A DNA stretch of 64,000 bases from Rhynchopus sp. YZ270_cl-10. Its lineage: Eukaryota. Below the pieces are notes generated by a model. The model was given only the letters and a program-made list of their open reading frames with translations, did no database searches and was not told where the DNA came from. Position numbers and translations under genes: made by a program. The DNA lies in NCBI GenBank assembly GCA_964035575.1, contig OZ037846.1:248001-312000 (forward strand). The letters run 5' to 3'. Each line of letters begins with the position of its first letter. The first letter of the stretch is position 1. This document shows positions 11,887 through 23,966 of the stretch, one piece after another.

Positions 11887-13620
11887 TCAGGGGTTTGCGG
11901 AACAACTCTTTGAGTAGAGCACCACAACACTGCACGTCCCAGAAGGAACTGCGTGTGCTGGTGTGCCAACCCCTCCCGCAGCTGTCCATGCCTCAGCAAC
12001 GTCAAGGTCAGACTGCTCACCACGCAGGTACCCACGCACGGCAATGTTGTACTCCTCCCAATGCTTCTCCCCACCTATCATGTACATCCACTCGTCAACT
12101 GCTCCTGCTGAATCAGCTAGCTGAGACATCACTTCCGCCACAACCTGTGCCTCACAGCCAGAGGCAACCTCCACCTTGCACGGAAGCAGACGCAGCTGGT
12201 GTTCGCACTCAGCATCGCTGAAGCACATCCTGTTGCACACCACATCACACCCCAGCATACGCCCCACACGTTCCAGCCCGTTCACATCACGCACAAGCTC
12301 CCCCACCATGCTGAACCGACGCATCACCTCACAACCCATGTCACCACGCAGCACCTTCCCAGTCGCAACACCAGCATTCACCTTCTCACAAAAGCTGCTC
12401 GCACCCTTCAGAAGCAGGCTTGCTGCGTGCAGTGCAGATGTGGCATGTGTCGCACACTGCTTCGAGGCGTTGAACGAACAGTGGATCCTGTCCCCGATGA
12501 ACACGTCCACCATCCCACGTCTTGTCTCTGTTGCCTGCAGGGTCTTCAGGAGGAGAGTGGTGAAGAAGGAGGAGTAGGTCGCACTGTCCTTCTCCAGAAA
12601 ATGCAGGGTGTCCTTCACGTTCAGTGTCAGCAGGGTTGCCTTCACCGAGGACAGACCCAGTGGCAGGCACACTGCCAAGTTCGATGCTCTCGAATGTGAA
12701 GACTCTGTGGATGTGTCTGCTGTCTCTGTCACATCACCCCCGTAGCTCTCTGAGTCCACCTTGTCCACCTCATCCTGAAAAGGCAGACACGTCTTCGGGA
12801 GGTACGCTTTGTACATGCGCAGGTTCTTCTCCAGTCTCCACAGGGCAGCAGTCATCCCCTCAGGCAGGTCACCCCCATGCACGTCCAGCATCTCCGCCAC
12901 CTGCTCCACGTCGTACCCCGCAAGAAGCGACGCAATCTCCTGCACAACGCTGATCGTGCGCCTCATTGACTCCTGCTCCTTCAGCACATCGTGCGCAAAC
13001 CTGCGTGTCACGAAGAAGTCGATCAGGAAGACACCAATAGAGGGAAGGGAGCCTAGTGGGGGAAATGGTTTCTTGCAGGGAAGGAACTCGCAGTCTGTTT
13101 CGATCCTGAATTTCTCTCTCCTGCTGTGTTCACCTTCGTACGGTGGCAACCCAGGAAGGTCAAGCAAACCAAACCTGAAGGATTCCTCACATGACATCAG
13201 GAGAAGCCACACCACTATCATAGCAACGAAGCCTGCACTGTACCGTTCCGCGACTTGCATCACAAGCAACAGGTCCACACCCACGATGAGAAGTGGCCAA
13301 CTAGAATAACTAAGTGCACGTGTGTCCAAATCCCACATGAATATACAAATGACGAACAAGTACAACATACCCACCACGAACCTGGTGTGCAGTTGCTGCT
13401 TGCAGAGCACCTTACCAACAACAAACCAGCAGCCAATGTTAAAGATACACACCCCTATTATGTTAAGGTTGAGTCCTTGCAGGTAGTACCCGGTTGACCA
13501 ATTAGTGAAGAGATTCGCGGCACTCGCGGCCGCACAGAACGCAAACATGATGGTGCGCTTCTTCACCTCGTCAGCACTGAGAGACCCGTCAATGGTCAGT
13601 GCGCTGTTCAGGCACCGCAT
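11887..13620 (-). CDS. 6-TM pseudo-cyclase protein, copy 4
   Basis: Intact ORF, same family. Confidence 0.85.
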   Translation of the reverse strand: MRCLNSALTIDGSLSADEVKKRTIMFAFCAAASAANLFTNWSTGYYLQGLNLNIIGVCIFNIGCWFVVGKVLCKQQLHTRFVVGMLYLFVICIFMWDLDTRALSYSSWPLLIVGVDLLLVMQVAERYSAGFVAMIVVWLLLMSCEESFRFGLLDLPGLPPYEGEHSRREKFRIETDCEFLPCKKPFPPLGSLPSIGVFLIDFFVTRRFAHDVLKEQESMRRTISVVQEIASLLAGYDVEQVAEMLDVHGGDLPEGMTAALWRLEKNLRMYKAYLPKTCLPFQDEVDKVDSESYGGDVTETADTSTESSHSRASNLAVCLPLGLSSVKATLLTLNVKDTLHFLEKDSATYSSFFTTLLLKTLQATETRRGMVDVFIGDRIHCSFNASKQCATHATSALHAASLLLKGASSFCEKVNAGVATGKVLRGDMGCEVMRRFSMVGELVRDVNGLERVGRMLGCDVVCNRMCFSDAECEHQLRLLPCKVEVASGCEAQVVAEVMSQLADSAGAVDEWMYMIGGEKHWEEYNIAVRGYLRGEQSDLDVAEAWTAAGGVGTPAHAVPSGTCSVVVLYSKSCSANP

Positions 13621-14371
13621 CGTTGGGCTTTTGATCCTCACAAACCTTTGCTATGTGTGGAGCAGGGGTGTGTGGATGTGTGTTGTGTGCACTGGTGGGT
13701 GGTGTGGGTTCTGTGTTGGGAGATGGACGTAACCACCACGCTGAATATGCCTCCTGCACCTCATCCTGAAACGGCAGGCACGTCTTCGGAGGTACGCTTT
13801 GCACCTCCTCGGGTTGTTCTCGCCAAGGTCAGAATGTGTAACTAGGAAGGTACCCACGCACCACTGTGTTGTGCTGCTCCCTTTCTTCTCATCTGTGCAG
13901 CTGCTGACTATCAATGTGTGGACCTAGGTGGGTGTCCGTGTCTCTGGAGGGGGGAGGAAAAAAACTGGGTACTGAGTATTCGTCTTGCTTTCATCTGAGA
14001 TAACCGTTCCCCCCCCACAGCTTAATGTCGGGAGGGCCTTCCTTAATGTTTAACTACCTCCCCCACCGCCCCCCACCCCTCCTTATTATTTGCCTTGTAC
14101 TTTCCGAGGCAAGAGCAAGGCCGCTCACACCCTCCCCAACTCTCCACTTTTTTTTCTCGCTATTCTTTTTTCAATCAATCAAGGATAGAGCGCGAACCCA
14201 TCAAGCACTCTGAGTATTTCAAACAAAAAAAGCAAAAAATCACTAAACAAACAAAGACCTGAAGCGTGATCGTCATCGACTCACCAAAGAAATCGCGCCG
14301 AATGCTTATGTGCACACACAACAGAACCTCGAGAGACAATGCAGCAAAATATTTGGCATTTTTTGACGTCA

Positions 14372-16269
14372 TCAAGCCGAGATCGGTGTTCCCAGCGTCT
14401 CCCACGCCGCGCCCTGCACACCCGCAGGGCCGTCAGCACCCTTCTTCAGCGAGATCTCCACCTTCGGCTCCTTGATCTCAACCTTGCATTGGGTGGGGTC
14501 CACCTTGCCAGCAAGGTTCAGGTTCAAGCTGAACTCCTGTACAGATGTTAGTTGGGGTTTATTTTTTGAACAGTTTGATAAAAATGACCTAAGCCTCCCT
14601 TGGGCACCTTGAAAAATACCGACAAAAGATCAGTCATGAAAAAGCAACTAAAAAGTAAAAATACAAAACTCACATAAAATATGGGGTTGATAATTTCCAG
14701 CTTGTATCCTCTGTCGCAGTTCGGGATAAGGCTATTTCCCCCTATTGACTCTCATTGTGTGTAACGGGAGAGGTTCCCTTCAATGCAGAGAGGGTACAGG
14801 ATTAGTTGAAAGGTGCTTTTATTTCCCAACCCAACAACAACAATATAGCGTGAAGACAATAAATAAAATCAAAGCGGAATAAATTTTTTAGGTTTTGTGA
14901 GGCACTCAACGAGTGTGCCGGCTCTGTGGCGTCACGGAGCCACCAACACTCCCCAGTCATTTTTCCTGCGCATCCAGGAAAACTCGCAGTATGCGACCAG
15001 GCAAAAAAAAAAAAAAACGCAGCTCGGTCGTGCTGCATGCAAAAGCAAACGAAAAGGTGTTCCAGAGATGAATTGAAGCCTCTCGTGCTTGGTCACCTTT
15101 TTGGTGGCACACAAATCGTTTTCCGATACATCACGACTGTAATCAGGGGTACTTTTTCTGGAACAAAATTAGCAAAATGCGAATCGCAAAAAATTCGCAA
15201 AAAAAAATCGGTCCACATACCTTTCCGTCAAAGAAGAGCGTCACGAACATCTGTGTGTCGCTCACGAAGAACGTCGACTTCGAAGGGTCCACCTGTGAAA
15301 CAAGAAATGAAGACAAAGTGTACAGTGGAGAAAACATAACGCAGCAATGTCCCTATTTTTTGGGGGGAACTTAGCCATGATGGCAAATTCACATACCTTC
15401 TTCGCGTAAATGTTAAGCGTGAGGTTGGGTCCAACCTGGAAGAAGTCGTGCCTGCAGGGTGCCTTCTTGGCCATGCCTGCGCTGGCTTCGCTGAACGCAC
15501 AGGTCTCGGGTCCGTCTCTGCATCCGGGGATGGCACGGAACTCGTCGAAGTCGTACTTCTTGTTGCGCTCGCAGCAGGACCAGTACTTGTAGGTCTCGTG
15601 GAAGACCGCCTGCCCCGGGTGGTGCGAGCACACTGCCTCCAGCGACGCAGGCCCCGTGTACGTGTTCGAGCACCCGTTGCGCACGCACTCCTTCCCCATC
15701 GCCACCTCCGTGCTCTCCTCCTCTGCGGTCTTCCCAGCATTCGCCTCGACCCACTTCTCAAAGGCACGCGTTGCGCCCGGTGAGACAGTGAGAGGCATGG
15801 CCATGAGACCCACCTCCTCCTTCTTCACCTCGACCTTCAGGATCTGTGCAAGCGCGTCGTACGCTGCCTGGGCCTCTTCGAAGCTCTGTTATGTGGATGC
15901 GTGGGAAGAGGGGGAGGAGAGGAGGAGAGGGTACTACCCCAAAGTGGAGTGGGGGGTTCGGACGTCGGGGGGGTGGCAGCCCTTCTGTGGTGCTGTGTGT
16001 GTCATTGGTTCATTGGTTAAATGTACTATGTCATGATTCGTGGTCCGCCGGAGTCCGCCCGGCGGACTATGAAGTGTGTATTGTTGTGGACTAATAGGAG
16101 GAAAACTAGCTGGGGGGTTTTTTTCCAGCCACAGCGTGTATTGTGCGTGGGTGGTGTATGTGTGTGTGGGTACCTGGTTGGTCTTGGCGTACTCGGCAAA
16201 CCCGAGGAGGGCCAGTTTTGCGTCCCCGTCGTAGTGCGACAGCACCTGCGCAATCGCTGCGTCTGCCAT
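14372..16269 (-). CDS. CHORD- and CS-domain protein (CHORDC1/RAR1/Morgana-like Hsp90 co-chaperone); exons 16174-16269, 15397-15885, 15221-15292, 14372-14536
   Basis: CHORD motif CVRNGC...CSHHPGQAVFHETYKYWSCC...FDEFRAIPGC followed by CS-like CRHDFFQ...IYAKKVDP...KVEISLKK; three in-frame GT-AG introns. Confidence 0.85.
14815..15017 (+). mobile_element. Multi-hairpin A-tailed SINE-like element of about 190 bp, in CHORD intron 3
   Basis: Near-identical to 45591-45788; ends in A15. Confidence 0.55.
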
Positions 16270-16977
16270 GGTTTCGGCTGTGTTGTCGTGGGGGCCTGTT
16301 GTGGTGTGTAAAAAATAAAGTTGACTTGAAAATACAGCCCTCTCTGTGAACAGTGCACCCTTGGGTACACCGGCGTACCGCCACCTCCCCCAGGATGGCC
16401 CTCAACACCATACAAGAGTAGTATTGGATCAGTAGACCGCTCCTTTGTTGCTTGCCAAGGTCATAAGATGCCACTACGAGAAAACACCGGGAAAAATTTT
16501 GTCGTGCGTAGGAAGGATTCTTCTGGTGGTGGGTGTACCCCCCCCCCAACTATGCTTGTCCTACACATCCATTTTGAGGTGTACATCTAGCTGATATGCG
16601 CTCTGCCTCCTATCAAAGATGAATGAAAATCATCATTAAAGCCAGAAGAGTCATTAGGCCTGATAAATAGGATCCGATTGGGAGTCCTTTTGGATCCCAT
16701 TTTGCGTGTGGGAGAAAGCTATAATGGAGAATCTCTGAGTCGCTAATCAGGGCGGAAAGAAAAGAGGGGGAAAAAGTGGTGTTTGGCATTCGGGTAAAGA
16801 GAGAGGCAGAGAGGAGTGTATGGTTTTAGAGAAGTCTCCCCTTTTCTTGTTGTTACGGTGCTTTTTTTTTGATAAATTGTTGGAGTAGTGTAGTTGTCTC
16901 CGTTGTGTTGCTACAGTTTTGTGCAATCTCCACTGTACTGTTCTGTTTTTTTGCAGAGAAAACAAAGAAAAGTTTAT

Positions 16978-17860
16978 AAGATGATCCTAAGCCTCTCGTG
17001 CTCAGTCACCTTATCATATTCGTTATCGCACAGCTTCAGCTGCGCTGGCTTCTACAAGTTTGTTGTCAGGGATGATGTCATTTCCCCAGCCGGAGTTCGT
17101 AATTTTGGCACGTCCGATGACGTGTTCGAGCATGTGCATAGTGTAGCGCGGGTACGTAAAAACTGGGCGACGGTCGTAGCCAATAAGTCCGGGTGCGCCA
17201 ATGGACCGGAGGCCCCGTGAGGAGGAGATGGCAGATGCGGGAAATGGGTTTTGAATCCCAAGGGCTTTGCACAGGCGGTGAAGCTTGTTGAGCAATGTGC
17301 GCAAGGCGGCGGCCCGTTCTCTAATGTTAGAGGTTGGCCGGAGAACGTAGATCCTGTGGAAAATTTCCAGGTCAATGGCAAGTTCCACGCATGTCACAGG
17401 CAGGTTGGCGGTGCTCCATTTCAGGGAGGAGGCCCATAGGAGCATTTGCTTCAGTTCGCGGCGCTTCTGCTTGCATCTCGGATCATCGTCCTTCCCAAAG
17501 AAAGGGGCGAGCTGCCGGTAGATGGCCTCCTGGTATGGGGGCGCATCGAACACTTCAAAGTCCATACGCCATGGGTGGCGTGCAGGCGCTGTGGTCGTCC
17601 GCGAGGACAGGTGATCATCTACTGCGGTGGTGACGTCCAGCAGGTATCTTTGCATGTCGGTTACTACGTGCTTGGGCGTGTTCGTGGGAGCTATGCCATG
17701 CATAGCCAGGCAACTCGGGGTGTTCGGGCCGATCCTGTCGAGGAGAGGGCGGTGCGCTTCCTTCACGTTAGCAGACACAGTGTGCGGGCAAGTCCACAGC
17801 AGGTGCTTCGCCAGCCCGGAGGTTGGTGTGAGGCATAAGGGGCACTGATTCACTTCGAGG
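16978..17860 (-). mobile_element. 5'-truncated non-LTR retrotransposon remnant (C-terminal region with zinc knuckle) and 3' hairpin
   Basis: Open frame from about 17860 to 17023 contains CPLC-x8-H-LLWTC, a CCHC knuckle typical of LINE ORF2 C-termini; no RT core visible. Confidence 0.6.
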
Positions 17861-18665
17861 TGTATGCCACCTCTCTTTGTTGACTCGTATAGGCACAGCA
17901 CCGTAGGGTGCGCGAAACAAAAAAAAAACAAAAAAAGGGTTGAGTTTAAAAGAAGCTTATACAATAAGCCTCAGTCTCTCTCTCTCTCTCTCGCCCTTAG
18001 TTATCCTAACAAAAAGTGTGACTGCGTTTCTTTTTATTTTTTCGTGAATCTTACAAAAGCCATATTTGGTTGGAAAACCAAAAATCCGGTAGAAAATAAT
18101 GCAAAAAGGTAAAGAGAACAACAGGGGGTGAATAGTCATCTTATAAGGAAGCACAAAAGGGGAGAAAGAGTTTCGGGTTTTTGAAAAACTTTACCATTCT
18201 TTTTGAAAAATTGTTGGAGTAGTGTAGTTGCCTCGGTTGTGTTGCCACAGTTGTGCAATCTCCACTGTCTTTTTTAGGGAACGGAGCATGCACGGTCCTC
18301 TGGAAGCTCCAACGGAGTCGGTGGGGCTAAAGAGGAAGTTGCCTTTCCTAAACGTGCACAACTGGCTCATAATGGAGGTGTCGTCACTCACCTATATCAT
18401 TGAAATACCATCGCTTACCAATGGTACACTCCAAATACTGTTGCCCCCAGGTTTTGTTTTCAAAAAAATGGCTGGAAAAAAGGGAGACGTTGTAACGTCC
18501 CCAATTACGGTGTCTACCCCACCAAAGAAATACATTGTTGGTGCTCCTGACGACCCCGTATTGCGTACTTCTTGCGTCCTTAGTGCGTAGATAGTTGGCG
18601 CCGAACTTAATTTTTTTTTGGATTTTCTGGGGTACCAAGTATTCACCTCCAGGTGAAAACATCTT

Positions 18666-21600
18666 TTAATCATCAGAAACAGATCTTCGTCTGCCCTTAA
18701 ATGAGGGTCGTGTGGGTAGCGCTACGTCGCACGTCTCCTTCCAGTAGGCGAGGTTTGTGTCTAGGTTGTCGAGCATGGGCTTGAGTGGTGCGTAGGAATC
18801 CACTAAGGTGGAGAAGAGGGGTCGCACGACAAACTCGCTGAAGCCCTTTTGGCAGCGTCCGATGTCTGCGTCCTTGTCGCAGAAGGGTGAGACGGGAAGC
18901 TCGCATTCCTCCTCCTGTTTGCCTTGCTCGCGGAACTCTTTCATGACACGCTTTGCCCAGTCGACGCTGACCTGTTTAGGCTTTGTAGGGTTGCTGATGT
19001 CGGCCGCGTGGATGATGGATTTAAACATCAACAATTTGTCCTCCGTTGTTGACATAAAATCTATCGCAGCGGGATCGTCTTTGACCGCCTGCAGCCGTGC
19101 CTTGAGTTCACCTAGACCACGGAAGTGGTGTTTCATGTCGGTTCCTAATACGTGGTTGATCATGCTCTCGCGGATGACGCGCTGTTCCAGGTCGGTGAAC
19201 ATATCGAGGATGGAGTATGTCTCGACACGGAGGAGCTGGAATGTGAGGAAGAGGTGGTGGTTCTCGAGTACGCTTTGGTCGTTGAAGTGCAGTGCGATGT
19301 CGTCTTTGGTGTTCACGAGGAAGGCGTTGTTGACACCCTGTTGGGGGGTGGGTGGGTGAGGGAAGGTGTTTCCAAAGGGAAAACGCTCAAAAACAACGCC
19401 TTGTTGATTGCGTTTGTCGCAAAAATAAATACGAAAGGGGCAAAGGACAGTATCGTACCCCCGGGTTTGACTTTTGGACAGTAACCACAAGGTTAACGAG
19501 AAAGACCGTTCAGAACCACAACGTTTGCATTTTGGTTAGAATCACAGATTTCTAATATGAAAAGATGCGGCTTCTATTTGTCAAGCTTTATATTTGAAAA
19601 TATCATTGATGTAGAAAGTATTGTGTGAATAAGGATTTTTTTGTTTCGACCCGCATACCGGATGGTCATAGTCATGCACGACAGCGGCCAGCAGGATCGC
19701 TATTGTGTCCACATCCGACATCTTCGGCACAATCCCTGCCGTGTTGATCATCCAATGCACCGTCTGCAGCACATCCGCCGCGTGTATCGTATTATGATAG
19801 TAGTTCTCTCTGTGGTACCCTGCCTGCACCTTGCTCAGAAACTGTATAAGACGGTGCATCAACTCGGGAGTACCGAAGTACTTTTGGAAGAACCGGTATT
19901 TCGAAAATATGTTCATCGCAACCTGCACAAGCACACCACCCGCATCCTCTGAGACTGCCGCCACATCGAACACATTGAACGCCAAAGAGTCTAAATGCGG
20001 TACATCCAGCCCCAGCACCCTGCTCGGCGCGGTATCCACCCCAAACCCTCCCCCCACCTTTGCCGTCGCCACCTCCTTTTTCCTCCTTGAGGCGCTCATC
20101 GCTTCTCCATCACTCTCGCTGTCGCTTCCATGACCCTCCTCCTTCTCGCACACCCCTTGGCTGGCGTATGTATCCGAAAGGAATTTCGCAACATCTCCGT
20201 CAAGTGTCCCGCCTACATACTCCACCTGGTAGATGTTGGGTGTCGACATCAGAAGGTCGACTGCTTTGGCAAGGGTACGGCAATGTTCTATCGAAGCATT
20301 TGGCAGTGCTTCTGCATCTTCTTTGGCACGTTTGAGAAGCATAACTAAATGGTCATACGGTGAGGCAAAGGTTGGTCCTATCGCTTTGAGAGAAGGTTGG
20401 AGCTGTACTTGAAGGAGTTTGTCTGAAGCAGGCTCGGTGGCGAGTAGACAGTTTCCTGTCTCACTGTGCAGTGCTAACCCCATGACATGACGTATCTTCA
20501 CCGCCATTTCGCACTCCCCCTCCTCAGTCTGAACCTTCATAGACGACTGCAGTGAAGTAACCTGCCCAGAATAGACTCGCTTCAGTTCATTCCACACCAA
20601 CTGAACCTTCGCAAGCCTGCTATTCCCTGTATCCGCGATATAAAGAAGCAAATTGTTTGCATCTGATATGACAGAAGTAGGGTTCTTAAATCGCGATTCT
20701 GTTGAAACCCCATCCGCTCGCCCAGGCTCCCCGGGACTACCGTTGAGGACGAGGGGGGTGTGTTTTAACGCACCTTGCCCTTGCCCGGAGATGTTCGCGA
20801 GGTAGACACAATGCCGGTCTGCGTCGGTAACGAAAAGCCAGGAAGGAGGAAGATGCGCTAAATTCATATAAATCGAGAGTTGCGCTTCCTGGGGAGGTGG
20901 TGCTGCCTGCACCTCGTTGGAACACATGAAAGGCAGTTTCTGGCATTCGGTTGCAATGCGTGCTTCAGTAATGATTTTATAGAGCTCTGCCCTCTTCTCT
21001 TCGGTGTGCCCGGTAAACCCATGGTCGCCTCTGTTCATGATAGGCTTGCAGGTCCAGGTGACCGGATCCACGCAGAGGACAGTGTGGTTTGTGAGGTCCG
21101 TTACGTAAAGTTTGGCGCGAATGGCAAGAATTCCCCCGAGGTATTGGATGGGTCCTTGGAGCGCGCCTTGGGTGAGGCGGGGGTAGTGTGTGGTAACGTT
21201 GCCTCGCATGTCGACTTCGCGGATTGTGTTGCGGTCGGTCACCCAGAGGCGTTGGTTCCAGTGGCAGAGGCCCATGGCATGGCCGAAGGCGGCTTCGATG
21301 CCTTGGCCGTCGCGGGCTTCCCAGCAGACGTAAGGGTTTCCTGCGAGGATGCGTGGTGCGGGGATACCCTCCGCAGCAGGGAGGAACGGCTCGAAGGATT
21401 TGTAGCAGCGTGGAAGGAGCACTGCGGTGGCACTGTTTTTGATGTGCGCGAAGACGGTGTGGTCGCCGATCAGAACGTCGTAGCTGCTGGAGAAGTCGAT
21501 GTCCGCAAGAAGCGCGTCGTTGCAGAAAAAGGCAACCTTTTTGTGATAAAAATTCACCACAGTGGTGATAGTACACACAGCAGTATTAGACTCCCCAGGG

Positions 21601-22937
21601 GTTGCGTGGTCCGTTGCGACAGCCGATGAGGTGATTGTTAAAGATTGCAGAAACGGCTCCTCATCTGACTCCACCTCAACGGTGCCAAATTCTTGGAAAT
21701 TGACTCTCTTAAAGTCCATCTTTTTGCCACCTTTTTCCTTGCTTTTTGGTTCGCACCTTTTCTTTGGGATAGGTTGCGCAGTATCAAACTGTTTTTCACA
21801 GGACCGCCTCCGTTTAAAAGCTCTGGTCACATCATAAGGTAGTACAACAGCCTTGCTCAGAACATTCCCTTCCGCGCCTTTCCAATGCACTTTGAACTGA
21901 TTCGCCGCAGTCGGCTTGACGCACGCAAGGAAGTCCGGTATGCCTCCGGACCTGCTGTGGTTGCTGTCCCCCCCTACATTGCTCACCACCCCGATACAGG
22001 TGTTCCATATATCCGTACACTGGACATGCCAGCAGTGGATTCCCTCGGAGAATGCGGCGGAGCCTTTCACGCAAGCATCAACCGAGCTGTTCGCGAGGCA
22101 TGCAGCGCTCCCATTTTCTTTGAGTTGGAGGGAATGCGGGACACGAGACGGCATTGCTTCCCATGTATAGCAGGACGGTACACCTTCTTCTGCCTGCAGC
22201 TGCCTCGCATCCTCCGCACGCTCTGCAAGCTGCGAGACCCTCCGGAAGTTTTCGTCCTCCACCGAAAAGACGGCCTTCTCAATTGTGTTCTTCCTGATGT
22301 AATACAAAGCACCTTCTACGTTGATCACTGCACACAACGACGACAGACTCGGCACATTCATGCTCTGCGACAACGTGCTTTGAGGGGGCCTGAACGACCC
22401 AAACGTACTGCTCTCCAGAGGCAACACGTGGTTGTCAAATGAATCCCCAGCAAACCCTGAGTTAAACAGCTCGAACGTTTCAAGCATCTGCAGACGGTGG
22501 TGCTTGGGGAGCGTCAAATCCGGAAAGTCATCTCCATAGGCACTTTCCGCAAACGAATCGCTCTCGGACGTATGCGAGGTCAGGTTAGCACTCTCCTTCT
22601 GAGGACACCCTGGGGTCGTCATATCCAAATGCATTCTTAAGTTGCGACTAGACATCTTATAACATGCCGCCAACGCTGGAGACGTTGGGCTCCCTATAGC
22701 AATCGGTGGGCAAGGTACCAACGGTTGGGTCAAGCTAGACAGCGAAGGTGTACGCGGTAGAGGGGTCAGCGGTGAGTGGACCTGATTTGACTGAGAGCGT
22801 CCGGCTGGACGTTTCGGGGTCGCTAAAGAGGGTGTTCTGTACACGGGTATGGAGGAGGAGCGAGCGGTTTGAGCAATTTTTGCATTTGACCCTGACCTGC
22901 TCAGATACCGTGTCATCGAGCTGGGAGGGTCCGACAT
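18666..22937 (-). CDS. Class I 3',5'-cyclic nucleotide phosphodiesterase with N-terminal SPRY-like and NHL-repeat regions; exons 19659-22937 and 18666-19337 (1316 aa)
   Basis: YHNTIHAADV...HDYDHP|GVNN...SVLENHH...GTDMKHHF...HAADISNPTK...CQKGF; the GT-AG intron 19338-19658 restores HDYDHPG. Confidence 0.9.
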
Positions 22938-23966
22938 AGTGGAAAAGAAAAGAAAGTGAAGTTAATGCTGGCAGACCCACTGTACAATGTCAGCTGGATG
23001 AAGAAAAGCACTGCAAATAGAAAAAAGAGAACGGTGTTATGAGAGCCCAGCGAGGGGGGAGTAATTTGGGGAAACTAATACAGCATCCGGTATACCACGC
23101 TCTCTGTACTGAGAGTGCAGTACAGCATGTCAAAGGGTGAGGGGGAGCGGGGAGAGAAAAGGGGGGAACAAAAACAAAAATAGTGAGAAGAAAGAGGGTG
23201 GGGTGGGGTGGGGGTAATTTTTTCTGCAAGAGGATGTGGCGCGTGGTTGGTGGTTGGTGGGGGGGATATGTTTCTCGTAGGGGTGGCTTTTGAATGGTCA
23301 ATACAAATGCAGAAAAATTGAACAAAAAAAAAAGAGTTTTTGAAGGCAACTCCATCTTTTATGGATATGATCTCAAAAAATTAGGGGTTGGGAATTCTGC
23401 AGGAATAGTTAGCGATACTTAAAGGGCACTTAGTTAGAAGGCAAGGGGTAGTAGCGAAAAGTGAGGGAGAGGGGAAAGGGGAAAGGGGAGAAAAAGTTGA
23501 CGTAAGCCGATGCCATTTGGCCACGATAAAAGCTGAAGGGGAACACATTAAAAAGAATCCAAGAATCTTTTTGAACCGTTTTCGATCATGTATGTGGCCA
23601 GATCGCGGCTTTTCGGTCAAAATTTTTTTGGCACCCATGGATAAACTCGGAGATGGATAAAAAAGCGAATAAGGCTGTGTAGAGTTGGATGCCTTGTGGG
23701 GGTAATTCTTGCGCAGAACATAGCCCTTAAAAGCAGTGGTCGTGACAGGGCTGTATGGAGTTGTGTTAAAATCGTGTAGTGGCGCCGGTGCTCCTTACTC
23801 CGCTGTCTCTGTTAACATGCTTTGCACACACGCAGTGTCCGTTTGAAAGGCCCTGGACGCTTTGACAGTACTGCACCACACCACTTCACTGCTTGCCCAC
23901 GCACACCACAGTTGAGCGTAACACGTTTTGGTCGTGACCATGAGTCTTTCCCGTGTCCCGTAGTCT

